Shown: piece after piece, positions 1-9,830 of the stretch
How positions within the stretch are numbered: the first letter of the stretch is position 1
How the letters are laid out: the number at the start of each line of letters is the position of its first letter
Assembly: GCA_965240325.2 (NCBI GenBank)
Contig: OZ251227.1
Location: 3,162,001-3,226,000 of the forward strand
Origin: Rebecca billardiae RCC1528
Lineage: Eukaryota; Protista; Haptophyta
Reading direction: 5' to 3'
Length of the DNA stretch: 64,000 nucleotides
Program-made: the position numbers and the translations under genes
The notes under the pieces: generated by a model
What the model was told of the DNA's origin: nothing
The model's database searches: none
Seen by the model: the letters and a program-made list of their open reading frames with translations, nothing else

Positions 1-290
1 GCCTACGCGCCTCGGTCAGCTGCCAATAAGGCGCCACGGCCCACGCCGCAGCCGGTCCGGCGGACCGGCGAGCGCGCCCTTCGGCTTCCCTCCGTCGGGC
101 GTATGCCGGGCGCCGCAGCCCCGGCGCTCGCGTCTTGCGGCCAGCGTCTACTGTGATGAAGAACACTGTGGTCGTCCACCGCCGGGCCTGGTCCACCCCC
201 GCCCCGTGTCGTGGTCGCCGCTGCATGTAGCGTGGCTGCATGTAGACATCCTCGGCTGCTGTGAGTGTGACGCAGGCGCTGCGTCCCGCG

Positions 291-1207
291 TCACAGCACT
301 GATGAGTGAGAAGCTGTGCTGCAGGGAGGGGCCCATGTTTGCGTCCAGCATCGCGGCTGAGCTGTCAGCTTGGAACACGCCACTTGATGGCATCTGCCTG
401 CAGTAGAGGAATCAATCAGTCGCGAAGAGCGTCGCCGCCCCTGCGCCCGTCGCAGGATCCGCTGGTGAGCCAGTCTGAGCGCATAGGCCGCACCACCACC
501 GAACACAAAAGCGACGAGCGCGGCGGTCAGCGCAACCGGCTGCCACGTGCGCTTCGCGCCAATCGACTGCAGGAAGGCGAACATGCCCGCCGTCCCTCCC
601 TTGTATGCTACCGACTGCCAAAGAGCCGCGAGGGAGCCCTTGGTGACGCCGGCCGTGCCGAAGCCCAGCAGTGGCACGGCGACTGCACCTGCCAACACCG
701 CGATCGCCACCACTGCGACGATAAGGGCAGGACACCAACCGGTGGCAGGCTGAGTGTGCTCGGCACTGTCGTACGAGATCAAGAAGTGCTCCCAGGACTG
801 CCGCACTGGCGCATGGGCAGTCACGCGGTCGCGGATGGTGCCGAGCCACTGGTGGCCATGGCAGGTCAGATAATAACCGTGCGCCGAGCGTAGCGCCCAC
901 TTGCCGTTGGCGCAGCGCTCGAGCGTCCACTGCTCAAACTCACCGAGCGTCTCGCGGTCGGCAAGCACATGGCCACTTGCAAACGCCGTCAGCCACTGAT
1001 CGTAATGGGAGCGTAGCCCGATGCGAGCCGAAGTCTCGGAGAGCCACTCGAGCACGTGCGCCACTGCTCAGACGTGTGACCGTCCCCAAAGTGATTGCAC
1101 TGCACCAAGCCCGACGGGTGGGCGCACAGGGCGGGATGGCCTCGATGGGAGAATGAGGTCCTAGCCGCGCGTATGTAGCAGGCGCGTGGCACTGGCCCGA
1201 GCTCCAT
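291..1207 (-). CDS. Fascin-like beta-trefoil + ISG12/IFI27-like membrane protein; apparent frameshift near 1062 (pseudogene or sequence error)
   Basis: Fascin-type repeats IGLRSHYDQWLTA..EFEQWTLE and WALRSAHGYYLTC..WEHFLI in ORF 291-1064. A matching first repeat (YIRAA..LCAHPSGLVQCN..SEQW) lies in the ATG-1207 frame. A hydrophobic segment follows, then GFGTAGVTKGSLAALWQS..FAFLQSIGA (Ifi-6-16 motif). Confidence 0.6.
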
Positions 1208-1783
1208 TCCGGCTTAGCCTCGAGCGTGGATGAGGCGCTCCGAGCGGACGTGATCGGACCCGCCGGTCGGCCGGAGATGCTTGACCTTGTCCTTGAACCG
1301 GCGCGCGGGCGTGACCCCCCCGTTTGTTACCAAATCACTGGTATTGCTGACAGTTAATGACTGTGTCGCTGTGAGACGACAGACGTCATCTGATTCACTG
1401 ATCAATGCCCATTCTCAGATTCTGCTCGTACTGTCTACTGACTACTTCGGAGTAACAGTGAGAGCTTATAGAACTGACTGAGGGTCCGACTCACACCTCC
1501 AGCAACTGTCCGCTCTCGGACGCGGTGCTAAGAGCCGACGTAAGCCCGCGGACCCGGCGGTGGCCGGTCCCGGAGCCGGTGCCGCATTCGCAACGCGGCA
1601 CTCGATTTCGGCATGAGTGCCTTGTGAGTTGTGGCCCGGCGGCCCGTGCCAGCCCGCATGCACCGATTCGGCACGGTGGCAGAGGTGCCCACTGCCCAGT
1701 CCGGACAACGGACAAGGTGGCGCCGCGCGCGACCCCGAGCCCTGGCACCGCGGCTCGGCCGGGCAGCGCATCGCAGCGCCCGA

Positions 1784-3188
1784 TCAGAACGGCACGAACT
1801 CCTTGTCGATGATGTGCTTGTGCGAGCCCATCTTGCCGTGCGCGACCATCGAGCCGAGCGCGTCGACGATGATCCGGAGCGCCATCAGGCTGGTGATGTC
1901 GGAGACGTCGTACGGCGGCGAGACCTCGACGATCTCCATCCCGCACAGGCCCTCCTTCGCCACGAGCCCGACCAGCTTCAGCGCCTCGCGCGGCAGCAGG
2001 CCGCCCGGCTCGGGCCAGCCCGTGCCCGGCACGAACGCGGCCTCGAGTGAATCGATGTCGTAGCTGAGGTACACTGCGTCCGTGCCGTCCCACGCGCGCT
2101 CGAGCGCCATCTCGGCGACCTTGTCGATGCCGAGCTCCTCGACGTCGTCCATCGTGAAGACGTTCGTCCGCCTGTTCACAATCTCCTCGACCGCCGGGCG
2201 CGGCACCTGCCACCCGCCGATCCCGATCTGCACGAGGTTGAGCGGCGAGACGTTGGGCAGGTTGGTCGCGTGGAACCACGGCGTCGTGTGCATGCGCTCG
2301 TCGAGGTCCTTCTCCTGGATGTCCGCGTGGCGGTCGACGTGGATGATGCCGATCTTCTTGGTGGTGACCGACGCGAGCCCGCGCACGGTGGGGAAGCCGA
2401 TCGAGTGGTCGCCACCCTGCGAGCCGACGCGCCGTGCGGCGCGGCGCGGCGAGATGAGCGCTGGGGGCGCAGCGAGGGCAGGTGCGCGCGCGCGCGGCGC
2501 GCGCGTGCCATGATGATGGGGAGCGAGCCGGAGGCGGCGACGTGCGCGACCGCGTTGGAGATCTGGTCGAACGACTTCTCGAGGTTCGCCGGGATCGTGA
2601 ACACGTCGCCCGCGTCGCACAGCGTCATCTGCTCGCGCAGGTCGACGCCCATCTCGTAGTTGTACGGCGTGTAGAGAGCCGAGATGCGCCGGATGCCCTG
2701 CGGGCCGAAGCGGGTGCCCGAGCGGTAGGTGCAGCCGCCGTCGAACGGAACGCCAATCACCGTCGCGTCGTAGTCGCCGCACTTGTTCACGTCCTCGACT
2801 GGTCGCCGGCGGCGGCCGCGGCGAGCGCACGCGCCACACAGCGTCAGCGGGCGCGCGCATGCGGCGCGCGGAGGGAGCACGCGCGTCGGCGCGCGCGCGC
2901 GCGCGCACTGTAGGGCGCCTTCATGAAGCTGTTCAGGCCCGCAAAGTGCGGCAGCTCGCCGCGGCTGAAGGTTGGGATCGTCCTGTCCTCGATGCTCGAC
3001 GCGCCCGGCAGGCCGTACTCGAGGCCGCGCTTCAGCTCCTCCTCATACTTGGTCGTCGGGATCTCCGCCTCCTTCACGGCGGCCTTCCATCCCTTCGTCG
3101 ACGGCGCCGCCGGGTTCGGGTGATGCGGCCGCAGGCTGTCCCGGAGGACGCCGTTCGTCTTGCGCGAGAGCGGGACGAGGCGGCGCAT
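1784..3188 (-). CDS. gdmH: Ureohydrolase, guanidine hydrolase (GdmH)-type; exons 3188-2909, 2798-2509, 2416-1784
   Basis: Spliced product contains IPTFSRGELPHFAG, GTRFGPQGIRRISALYTPYNYEMGVDLREQ, GGDHSIGFP, DRHADIQEKDLDERMHTTPWFHATN, DIDS, PGTGWPEPGGLLPRE and EVSPPYD. These match, as recalled, the Synechocystis Sll1077/GdmH clade. Introns are 2908-2799 (GT-AG) and 2508-2417 (GC-AG). Confidence 0.88.
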
Positions 3189-3260
3189 GGCGAGACGCGC
3201 GTCGGGACGAAGGGAGGACGCCGCGGTGCGAGACGCGCGTTCAAACCTGGGACGACCAGA

Positions 3261-3295
3261 CGAAACCGGCTCGTACTTGTACAGCTACGGTTTCG
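3261..3295. promoter_or_regulatory. Dyad-symmetric element in the bidirectional promoter
   Basis: CGAAACCG-GCT-C-GTAC-TT-GTAC-AGC-TA-CGGTTTCG forms an imperfect 35-nt palindrome in the 248-bp gap between divergent ATGs at 3188 and 3437. Confidence 0.45.
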
Positions 3296-3436
3296 ACTTC
3301 AGGCTCGGCTTATTCCGCAAGGCGCCACCGTTGGCGTCGAGTCCGCCGCGCAAGGCCAGCGCACTGGCGGGCCGCGCGACCTTTGAAGGGCGACTCCGAT
3401 CGTCGTCCGCGAGGAAGCCGCCCCCGCCGCGCAAGC

Positions 3437-4399
3437 ATGGCCACGACGTCGACGGGCTCGGTGCTGTCGCGCGACGTGTGCATCGACGGCATCGCGGGCT
3501 GGGTGGCGGGCGCCGCCTCCATCTTCGCCAGCCAGCCGCTCGACACGGTCCTCACGCGGCTGCAGCAGGCGCCGCCGACCTCTCGGCCTGCGGCGGTCGC
3601 GCGCGAGGTGCGCGCGACGGGCGGCGTGCGCGCGCTGTGGCGCGGGGCGGCGCCGCTCGTCGGCGTCGTGCCGGTGCAGAACGCGATGCTCTTCGCGGGC
3701 TACGGCATGGGCGAGCGCTGCGCCAAGTACCTGACCCCGCCGCCTCCGGCGGGCGCGAGCGGCGCGGGCGCGCCTGCGGGCGGTCACTCGCTGCCCTACT
3801 TTGCGGCCGTGTTCGCCGGCGGCTGCTCGGGGGGCGTGATGCAGTCGTTCGTGGTCTCGCCGGTCGAGCTGGTCAAGGTGCAGCTGCAGCTCGGCCGCGG
3901 CACCGCCCAGCACGGCGGCGGCAGCGTGCTCGCGTGCGCGCACGAGGTGTACGCGACGGTCGGGGTGCCTGCGTTCTGGCGCGGGCTCTCCGCGACCCTC
4001 CTGCGCGACGGCGTGCCGCACGGCGTGTGGTTCGCGTCGTACGAGTGGTCGAAGCTCGGGCTGGAGGGCGCGAACCGGCGCGCCGGCGGGGCCGCGCCCG
4101 CGGACGCCGTGCCGCTCGTGTCGGGCGCGTTCGCCGCGACGGTCGCGTGGGCGGTCGGCTACCCGGCGGACATCATCAAGACTCGGATCCAGGGCGCGGC
4201 GATGCGCGCCGGCGGCGGCCCGGCGCCGAGCGTGCTCGGCACCGCGCGCGAGCTCGTGCGCGAGGCCGGGGGCAACGTGTGCGCCGCGCTGTACCGCGGC
4301 TTCGGCCTCAAGCTCGCGCGCGCCGTGCCGATGAACGCGCTCTCGTTTGTGGTGTACGAGCGCGTCAAGACGCAGCTCGAGCTGGCGTGGGCCGAGTAG
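3437..4399 (+). CDS. Mitochondrial carrier (SLC25), basic amino acid/carnitine-carrier-like
   Basis: Three carrier repeats (PLDTVLTRLQ, PVELVKVQLQ, PADIIKTRIQ) with LWRG/FWRG/LYRG motifs. Contact points LLRD and LARA are typical of amino-acid-type carriers. Confidence 0.9.
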   Translation: MATTSTGSVLSRDVCIDGIAGWVAGAASIFASQPLDTVLTRLQQAPPTSRPAAVAREVRATGGVRALWRGAAPLVGVVPVQNAMLFAGYGMGERCAKYLTPPPPAGASGAGAPAGGHSLPYFAAVFAGGCSGGVMQSFVVSPVELVKVQLQLGRGTAQHGGGSVLACAHEVYATVGVPAFWRGLSATLLRDGVPHGVWFASYEWSKLGLEGANRRAGGAAPADAVPLVSGAFAATVAWAVGYPADIIKTRIQGAAMRAGGGPAPSVLGTARELVREAGGNVCAALYRGFGLKLARAVPMNALSFVVYERVKTQLELAWAE

Positions 4400-4722
4400 T
4401 GACGGTCCCGGGGGCGCCCGGCTCCAGGGGCTGACAGTGTGCGCACCGTGCTCCGTGAGCGCCGAGACGCGACACACAACGGCGTGTCTCTTGCACTATG
4501 TAGTAATCGTGATGACCGTTGTCTAGGATCAGGCCGCTGTCAGTGTCGTGCTGAGCATTTTCTCAGCATCAGCACATATTCAAGCCCGCGGTTGAGCGGA
4601 GCGCCTCCTGATTGGACGATTTCTTTGATTCATGACCGATTGGACCACGACAGGCCGACGACGAAACTCGGCCGGTCGGGGCGCAGCAGGGCCGGCGGCA
4701 CTTGTTTGTATTCCCTCCAGCC

Positions 4723-6148
4723 ATGCTGAAGGGCCTCTTCGGCGGCGAGCCGCCCAAGCAGAAGGAGAAGAAGGGGAAGAGCGTGTCCTTCCGCGAGGAC
4801 CTCACGACGACGAGCGAGACAGCCGATCCGCCCGTCGGCCGGCGCCCGGCGCCACCGGCCCACCACGATGGCGACGGTCCGAACCTCGCGCCGCTCTCGC
4901 GCGACCTGCTCTCGGGCGGGTCCGAGCCGACGCTCAAGAAGCTGCGCACGGTGATGACGGACACTTCGGCGCTCATACCGATCAGCCAGCTCGAACTACT
5001 CGTGCTCATCGGCGAGGGCAACAACGACTTCGTCTGGAAGTGCAAGTGGAGCGGGCCGAACGCGCCGGCGTCGGTCGGCGCGACGGGCGGGCTCGTCGCG
5101 CTCAAGCAGCGCAAGGTGGTGGTCCGGCCGCACTCCGGCGGCAGCGCGGCGTCGGACAAGGCGCTGGGCGACCGCGAGCTCGCCGCGTTCGCCAAGGAGC
5201 TCCTCGTCCTCAAGTCGCTCTCGCACCCCAACATTGTCGCGTACATGGGGGCGACGCTTCTGAAGGCGGAGGACGGCCACGACGAGATCGCGATCGTGCA
5301 GGAGTTCGCGCCGTACGGCACGCTGCGCCCGCTGATCTACGAGCAGGCGAGCGTGATGCGCAGCTTCTCCGTCACCGACGGCGTGCGCTGGGCCCACCAG
5401 ATCGCGCTGGGCATGACCTTCCTCCACTCGTGCACGCCGCCGATTATTCACCGGAATCTCAAGCCTGAGAACATTCTCCTCGGCGCGCCCAACGGCACCG
5501 CCAAGATCGCCGACTTCGGGCTGATCACGTTCGAGAGCGAGTCGGCGCGGAAGCCCGCGCCGACGAGCGCCGCGTCGGAGGACCAGGTCTCCTCCAGCTT
5601 CGGCTCGCTGCACTACCTCGCGCCCGAGGTCTACCGCGGCGAGGGCTCGACACACAAGGCGGATGTGTACTCGTTCGGTGCGGGGGCCCGCGCGCGCGCG
5701 CGTGTGCTGCGTGGGCGTGCGCCGCGGGTGGTGGCGTGCGTGCGCGCGCACCGCGGCTGACGCGCGTCGGTTGGCGCCGCGCACCCTCTCCTCTCGCCTG
5801 TCCGCAGGCATGCTGCTCTTCGAGCTGCTGATGCGCCGCCCGGCGTTCCACGGCATGCTCGAGGGCGAGAACGTCGCGCACGGCGCGGCGCACGACGCGC
5901 TGCGGCCACCGATGCCGCACAACTGGCCGCTGCCCGTCAAGCAGACGGTGAAGCGCGCGTGGGATCCGTACCCGGCGACGCGCGCCGAGTTCGAAACAAT
6001 CTGCGAGGAGCTCGAGCGCTGGCTCGAGCCGGGGTCGGAGATCCTGAAGAAGCTGATCAGCTCGTCGCCCAAGACGCCGCTCGAGTACCTCGGCCACTAC
6101 TCGCTCTTCGGCAAGCATAACACCGACCGCAACCCGGGGAGCGGCTAG
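4723..6148 (+). CDS. TKL-family protein kinase (HRN catalytic loop, probable pseudokinase); intron 5678-5807
   Basis: VALK, HPNIV, IIHRNLKPENILL, KIADFG, YLAPE, ADVYSFG|MLLFELL, RP..WD..RAEF. Confidence 0.85.
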
Positions 6149-6574
6149 GCGGCTGTGCGCGGGCAGTGGCCGCGCGACGTTGGGCCAGGGCAGCTGATTG
6201 GTGATAGATTGAGCCGTGCACCCGGGCTGCTCAGCCGTGAGGCCCTGGTAGTGCGCTCGCCCCCCCCCCGCTCTATCGCCGCTGCCACCCGTGCGGGGCC
6301 GAGCCGCGGCACGGCGGACCGGCGTCGAGTCGGACCGCGGTCGACGATCTGCTTTCAAATTCAGCATCGTGTTTCTTCGTCGGAGCTTGACGATGACTGA
6401 TGTCGACTGATGACTACTGCTACGCCCGCGGGGCGTTCGGTAGTGGCACGCCAAACGCCCCCGGCCCCGGGCCCCCGGGCCCGGCGGGGCCGGCGGCCCG
6501 GCGGCGCGGGCGCCAAGCCGACTCTTCTCACTATCTCAGTAGTGATGACGACTCATCAGTAGCAGTCAGTTCAT

Positions 6575-7031
6575 AGAGAGAGAGAGAGAGAGACTGTCAG
6601 AGCCCCACTGGGGGGTGCGTGGCCCAAAATCGAACTTCCTGTCGTCTTGAGATGAGGCTCTCAAACTGTTCGGGATGTCAATCAATCAATATTCGCCTGA
6701 AATGAGCTGGGGTCACGCTGACAAGTTTTGCGAAAAAATGTCACATACTGGAGATATACGACCTCAATCTCGACGCGATCTCGGCAACATTAGTAGGGGA
6801 GATACACGATCTCCAAGGTGATCTCGCTACTTGCACCAGAATCGCACCGTCTAGATCACATTTTGGCAGTCTGAAATTGGCACAGGCGGATTCACTACAC
6901 CCTGGAATTAAGCCTAAACGAACTTAAACGGACTCAAACAGTTACAAACCGAGGAGATATTTCATATTTCGAGATTTCGGGAGATTGTGTCACTCGGGAG
7001 TGTAACGGTCGGAGCTCTGACCCCACCCCAC

Positions 7032-7085
<54 letters not shown>
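6575..7085. mobile_element. Possible MITE-like low-GC insert flanked by (GA)n tracts
   Basis: (GA)n at ~6575-6592 and ~7033-7085. Short inverted ends GTCAGAGCCCC (~6596) and GGAGCTCTGAC (~7011). The interior is much lower in GC than the genes. No clear TSD. Confidence 0.3.
7033..7085. repeat. (AG)n microsatellite
   Basis: About 26 AG units. Confidence 0.95.
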
Positions 7086-7086
<1 letters not shown>

Positions 7087-7389
7087 TGATGTTGATCTGT
7101 CGTGAGGCTGTGTCACATCATGAACAGTATAGCGTCACGTTCATCACCGTCTCACGTCCGCGTCCGTTCACGCGCCAGCTCGGAGTCGTCAGTGATGACT
7201 CTCTCACTCTCCGACAGAGTGCTAGACTGAGAGTGAGTGAGCTGTGAGAGTACTCTCGGACTGAGTACAGACTCCGTGATGATGATGACCGGACATTCGA
7301 CAGAGCAGTATAGTCGCTGCCTGACCGTTGGCGTCGCGTATTACTTAATACGACTACTACTTTCGCTGCTGGACCGCCGCTAGGAGTAT

Positions 7390-8970
7390 CTACTGCCAGG
7401 CTGCTGCCACGTCTGCAGCCCAAATACACCACGGGCGGTGCGTATGCCAGTCGCGCCGCTGGCACTCCGCGCTATGACGATATATATCCGCCGCCCCGGT
7501 CAGGACGCATATGGGACACGCACGATCGGACAGGCCGGGCACGCACGGCGCAGGGCACGCGTCAGTATCGAGGTCGTACGCCAGTTGCACAGCGCGCACA
7601 CGGCACTCGCGCGCCGCCGCATCGCCGCACCTGCAGTACAACACGGCCTTGCATTGCCCGCACCGACGGCCGCCACAGCCGCCGAACGCGGCGCACGCAC
7701 GCGTGTCTCGATGCAGCGGAGCGTGCCCGCGCTCGACAGCGTGCGGCAGCACGTGCTCCACCCACAGCTGCTGCACCGCGCCCGATTGCACGCCGCCGAA
7801 GCGCCCGTCCGCGGCAAGCTCGTACCCCAGCGGCAGCAGCTCCACAGCGCGCGCGCGCGCGGGCGCTGGGAAGAGGTGGTGGGTCTTGGGGCTCCACGGG
7901 CCAGCTGCGGCGACCATGGCCGCCGCGGCGCCGTGGTGCGGATCGAGGGCGAGCGTGGCGTAGGCCAGAGCGAGGGGCGACGACTTGCCATCGGCGTTGA
8001 GGGCGTTGGCGTCTGTGAGCGCGCGCAGCTGCGCCACCGCCTCCGCCTCGCTCAGCAGCTCGACGTGCTGCAGGGCCGTGCGCCAGCGCGACGCGCGGTC
8101 GAGCCAGGCAGAGATCTCGTTATCGGTCACCCGACTGGTCTCGCTATCGGTCACCCGACTGGTCTCGCACATAATTGCGCGCTCACCGAGATCGACCGTG
8201 CGCATCCCGCGCAGCGCTTGGGCCTTGCACAGCAGCTGCACCACCTGCAGCCGCTCAGCGGGCGTGGCGTCAGTGCGATTCGTGGGTATGCAGGCCGCGA
8301 AGGCCAGCAGAGGCATAGGACGCTCTGAGTGCGCGTAAGTCTGCGCAAGGACGTCAGTACTTGCACGCGCGCCGAGCAGCAGCTGCACGCAGGGTGCGTG
8401 CAGCTCGCGCACCGCAGACACGATCGGCGCCTGCGCGCCTTCCTCTCCGTTGATGCGGTTGACGTTTGCGCGCGCGTCGATCAGCAGCTGCACGCACTCG
8501 GCGTGGCCCTTTGCGCAGGCGACAGAAAGTGGACGGATCTTAAGGAGAGCATGCTGATCGACGCTTGCGCCTGCGTCGAGCAGGACGCGCACGCACTCCG
8601 CATGGCCATAATTGGACGCGATGTGGAGGGCCGCCATCATCGTGGGGCCGGCGATGGCATCCGTGTCGGCGTTCGCCTCGAGGAGAAGCTGCGCGCAAGC
8701 TGCATGACCGTCTATACATGCATGATGCAACGCGTTGGCTTGAAGCATGCTGTGCCCGTCCTTGACGTGAATGTCAGCGCCCGCCTCGAGGAGCAGCCGC
8801 GCGCACTCAGCCTGTCCGTTCCCGCATGCGCAGATGAGAGCGGTGCATCCGTCTGCGTCGAGGCGGTCGAGATTGCCGCCCAGTGCCAGGAGCGACTCGA
8901 GCTGATGCACATCGCCTGTAATGCACGCGTCCGCCATGTCCTGCGCTTGCGTCAGCTCCTCGCGAGTCAT
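7390..8970 (-). CDS. Ankyrin-repeat protein with C-terminal MYND zinc finger; intron 7630-7472
   Basis: About five ankyrin repeats (G.TALICAC.NG.AECARLLLEAGAD). Splicing restores CGQCKAVLYC|SAECQRRDWHTHRPWC. Contains a tandem 21-bp duplication (ETSRVTD x2). Confidence 0.85.
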   Translation of the reverse strand: MTREELTQAQDMADACITGDVHQLESLLALGGNLDRLDADGCTALICACGNGQAECARLLLEAGADIHVKDGHSMLQANALHHACIDGHAACAQLLLEANADTDAIAGPTMMAALHIASNYGHAECVRVLLDAGASVDQHALLKIRPLSVACAKGHAECVQLLIDARANVNRINGEEGAQAPIVSAVRELHAPCVQLLLGARASTDVLAQTYAHSERPMPLLAFAACIPTNRTDATPAERLQVVQLLCKAQALRGMRTVDLGERAIMCETSRVTDSETSRVTDNEISAWLDRASRWRTALQHVELLSEAEAVAQLRALTDANALNADGKSSPLALAYATLALDPHHGAAAAMVAAAGPWSPKTHHLFPAPARARAVELLPLGYELAADGRFGGVQSGAVQQLWVEHVLPHAVERGHAPLHRDTRACAAFGGCGGRRCGQCKAVLYCRCGDAAARECRVRAVQLAYDLDTDACPAPCVPGLSDRACPICVLTGAADIYRHSAECQRRDWHTHRPWCIWAADVAAAWQ

Positions 8971-9144
8971 TGCCTCCGGGCAGAGCCGCCGCTGCACGGC
9001 GCGCGTCGCGGGGTCGCGGCGCCACGCTTTTGGCGGGAAGGCGTCCCGACTTGGCGCCTTCGACCTCCGTCCGCAGCCGGACGCCCGTGGCCGGGACCGG
9101 TGACTAGAGCTAATGTAGCGTACCGGTACAGTATGTGTCTGTGA

Positions 9145-9587
9145 CAGGGCTCAAAGATCCGGTGCTCGGTACGCGTACCGGTGCACCGGCGCCGCAGGCG
9201 CCGGTGTACCGGTACACCGGTGCGCGCACCGCGGGGGGGTCCGGGGGGGTGTCCCCCCCGGTGCCCCGCCGGCCCGAGGCGTAAGAAAATTTTTGGGCCG
9301 TATTTACTGATAGAAACAGCCCAATTATTGGACGATGATCGGCCGGCGTCCCTTCCCTGAGTGGCACGGGCTGAGAGTGCCAGCAGTGACTCCGACCTCG
9401 GACACTGACAAGTGACAGCTCCGTGTAGTCCGTACTCGCGGGTGCTGTGGTCCGGGCGCATACGACCCCTCCCGGACTCTCACCGGACACCGGTGCGCGG
9501 CAGTAGTTGTGGCGGTGCATACCGGTACGCACCGGTACGCACCGGTACGGTATTTACCGGTGTCCGGTGTACCGTCTTGGAGCCCTG
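9145..9587. mobile_element. Non-autonomous hAT-type MITE (443 bp)
   Basis: TIRs CAGGGCTCAAAGA / TCTTGGAGCCCTG (12/13 match). Perfect 8-bp TSD GTCTGTGA at 9137-9144 and 9588-9595. Subterminal ACCGGT(A/G)C repeats. Confidence 0.9.
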
Positions 9588-9830
9588 GTCTGTGACATGG
9601 AACCTGCCAGGAACTCCAGCATACTGTCCAGTAAGGATTATAAGCCACACGACATTGGGCAGCGGCTGACGGGCAGGCCCGGGCCGCCGGCCCCAGCACG
9701 ACCGCGGACCGAGACCGAGCGGCGCGAGCGGCGAGCAGACGCGACTCACTCGCGAGTCGCCAGTCGCCAGTAGTGCGCCGCCAGTCTGCCAGGCTGTCGA
9801 TCTGGCGCGTCGCCGAGCAGCCGACTATCA

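Noticed and set aside
1784-3188. Plain agmatinase/arginase annotation or bacterial contamination
   Set aside because: GdmH-clade signature motifs are present. Spliceosomal introns and host-like composition show a nuclear gene.
3189-3436. Guanidine-II (mini-ykkC) riboswitch upstream of gdmH
   Set aside because: There is only one ACGA-loop-like hairpin (3247-3259), and it is on the strand opposite gdmH. The required twin hairpins and ykkC-type consensus were not seen.
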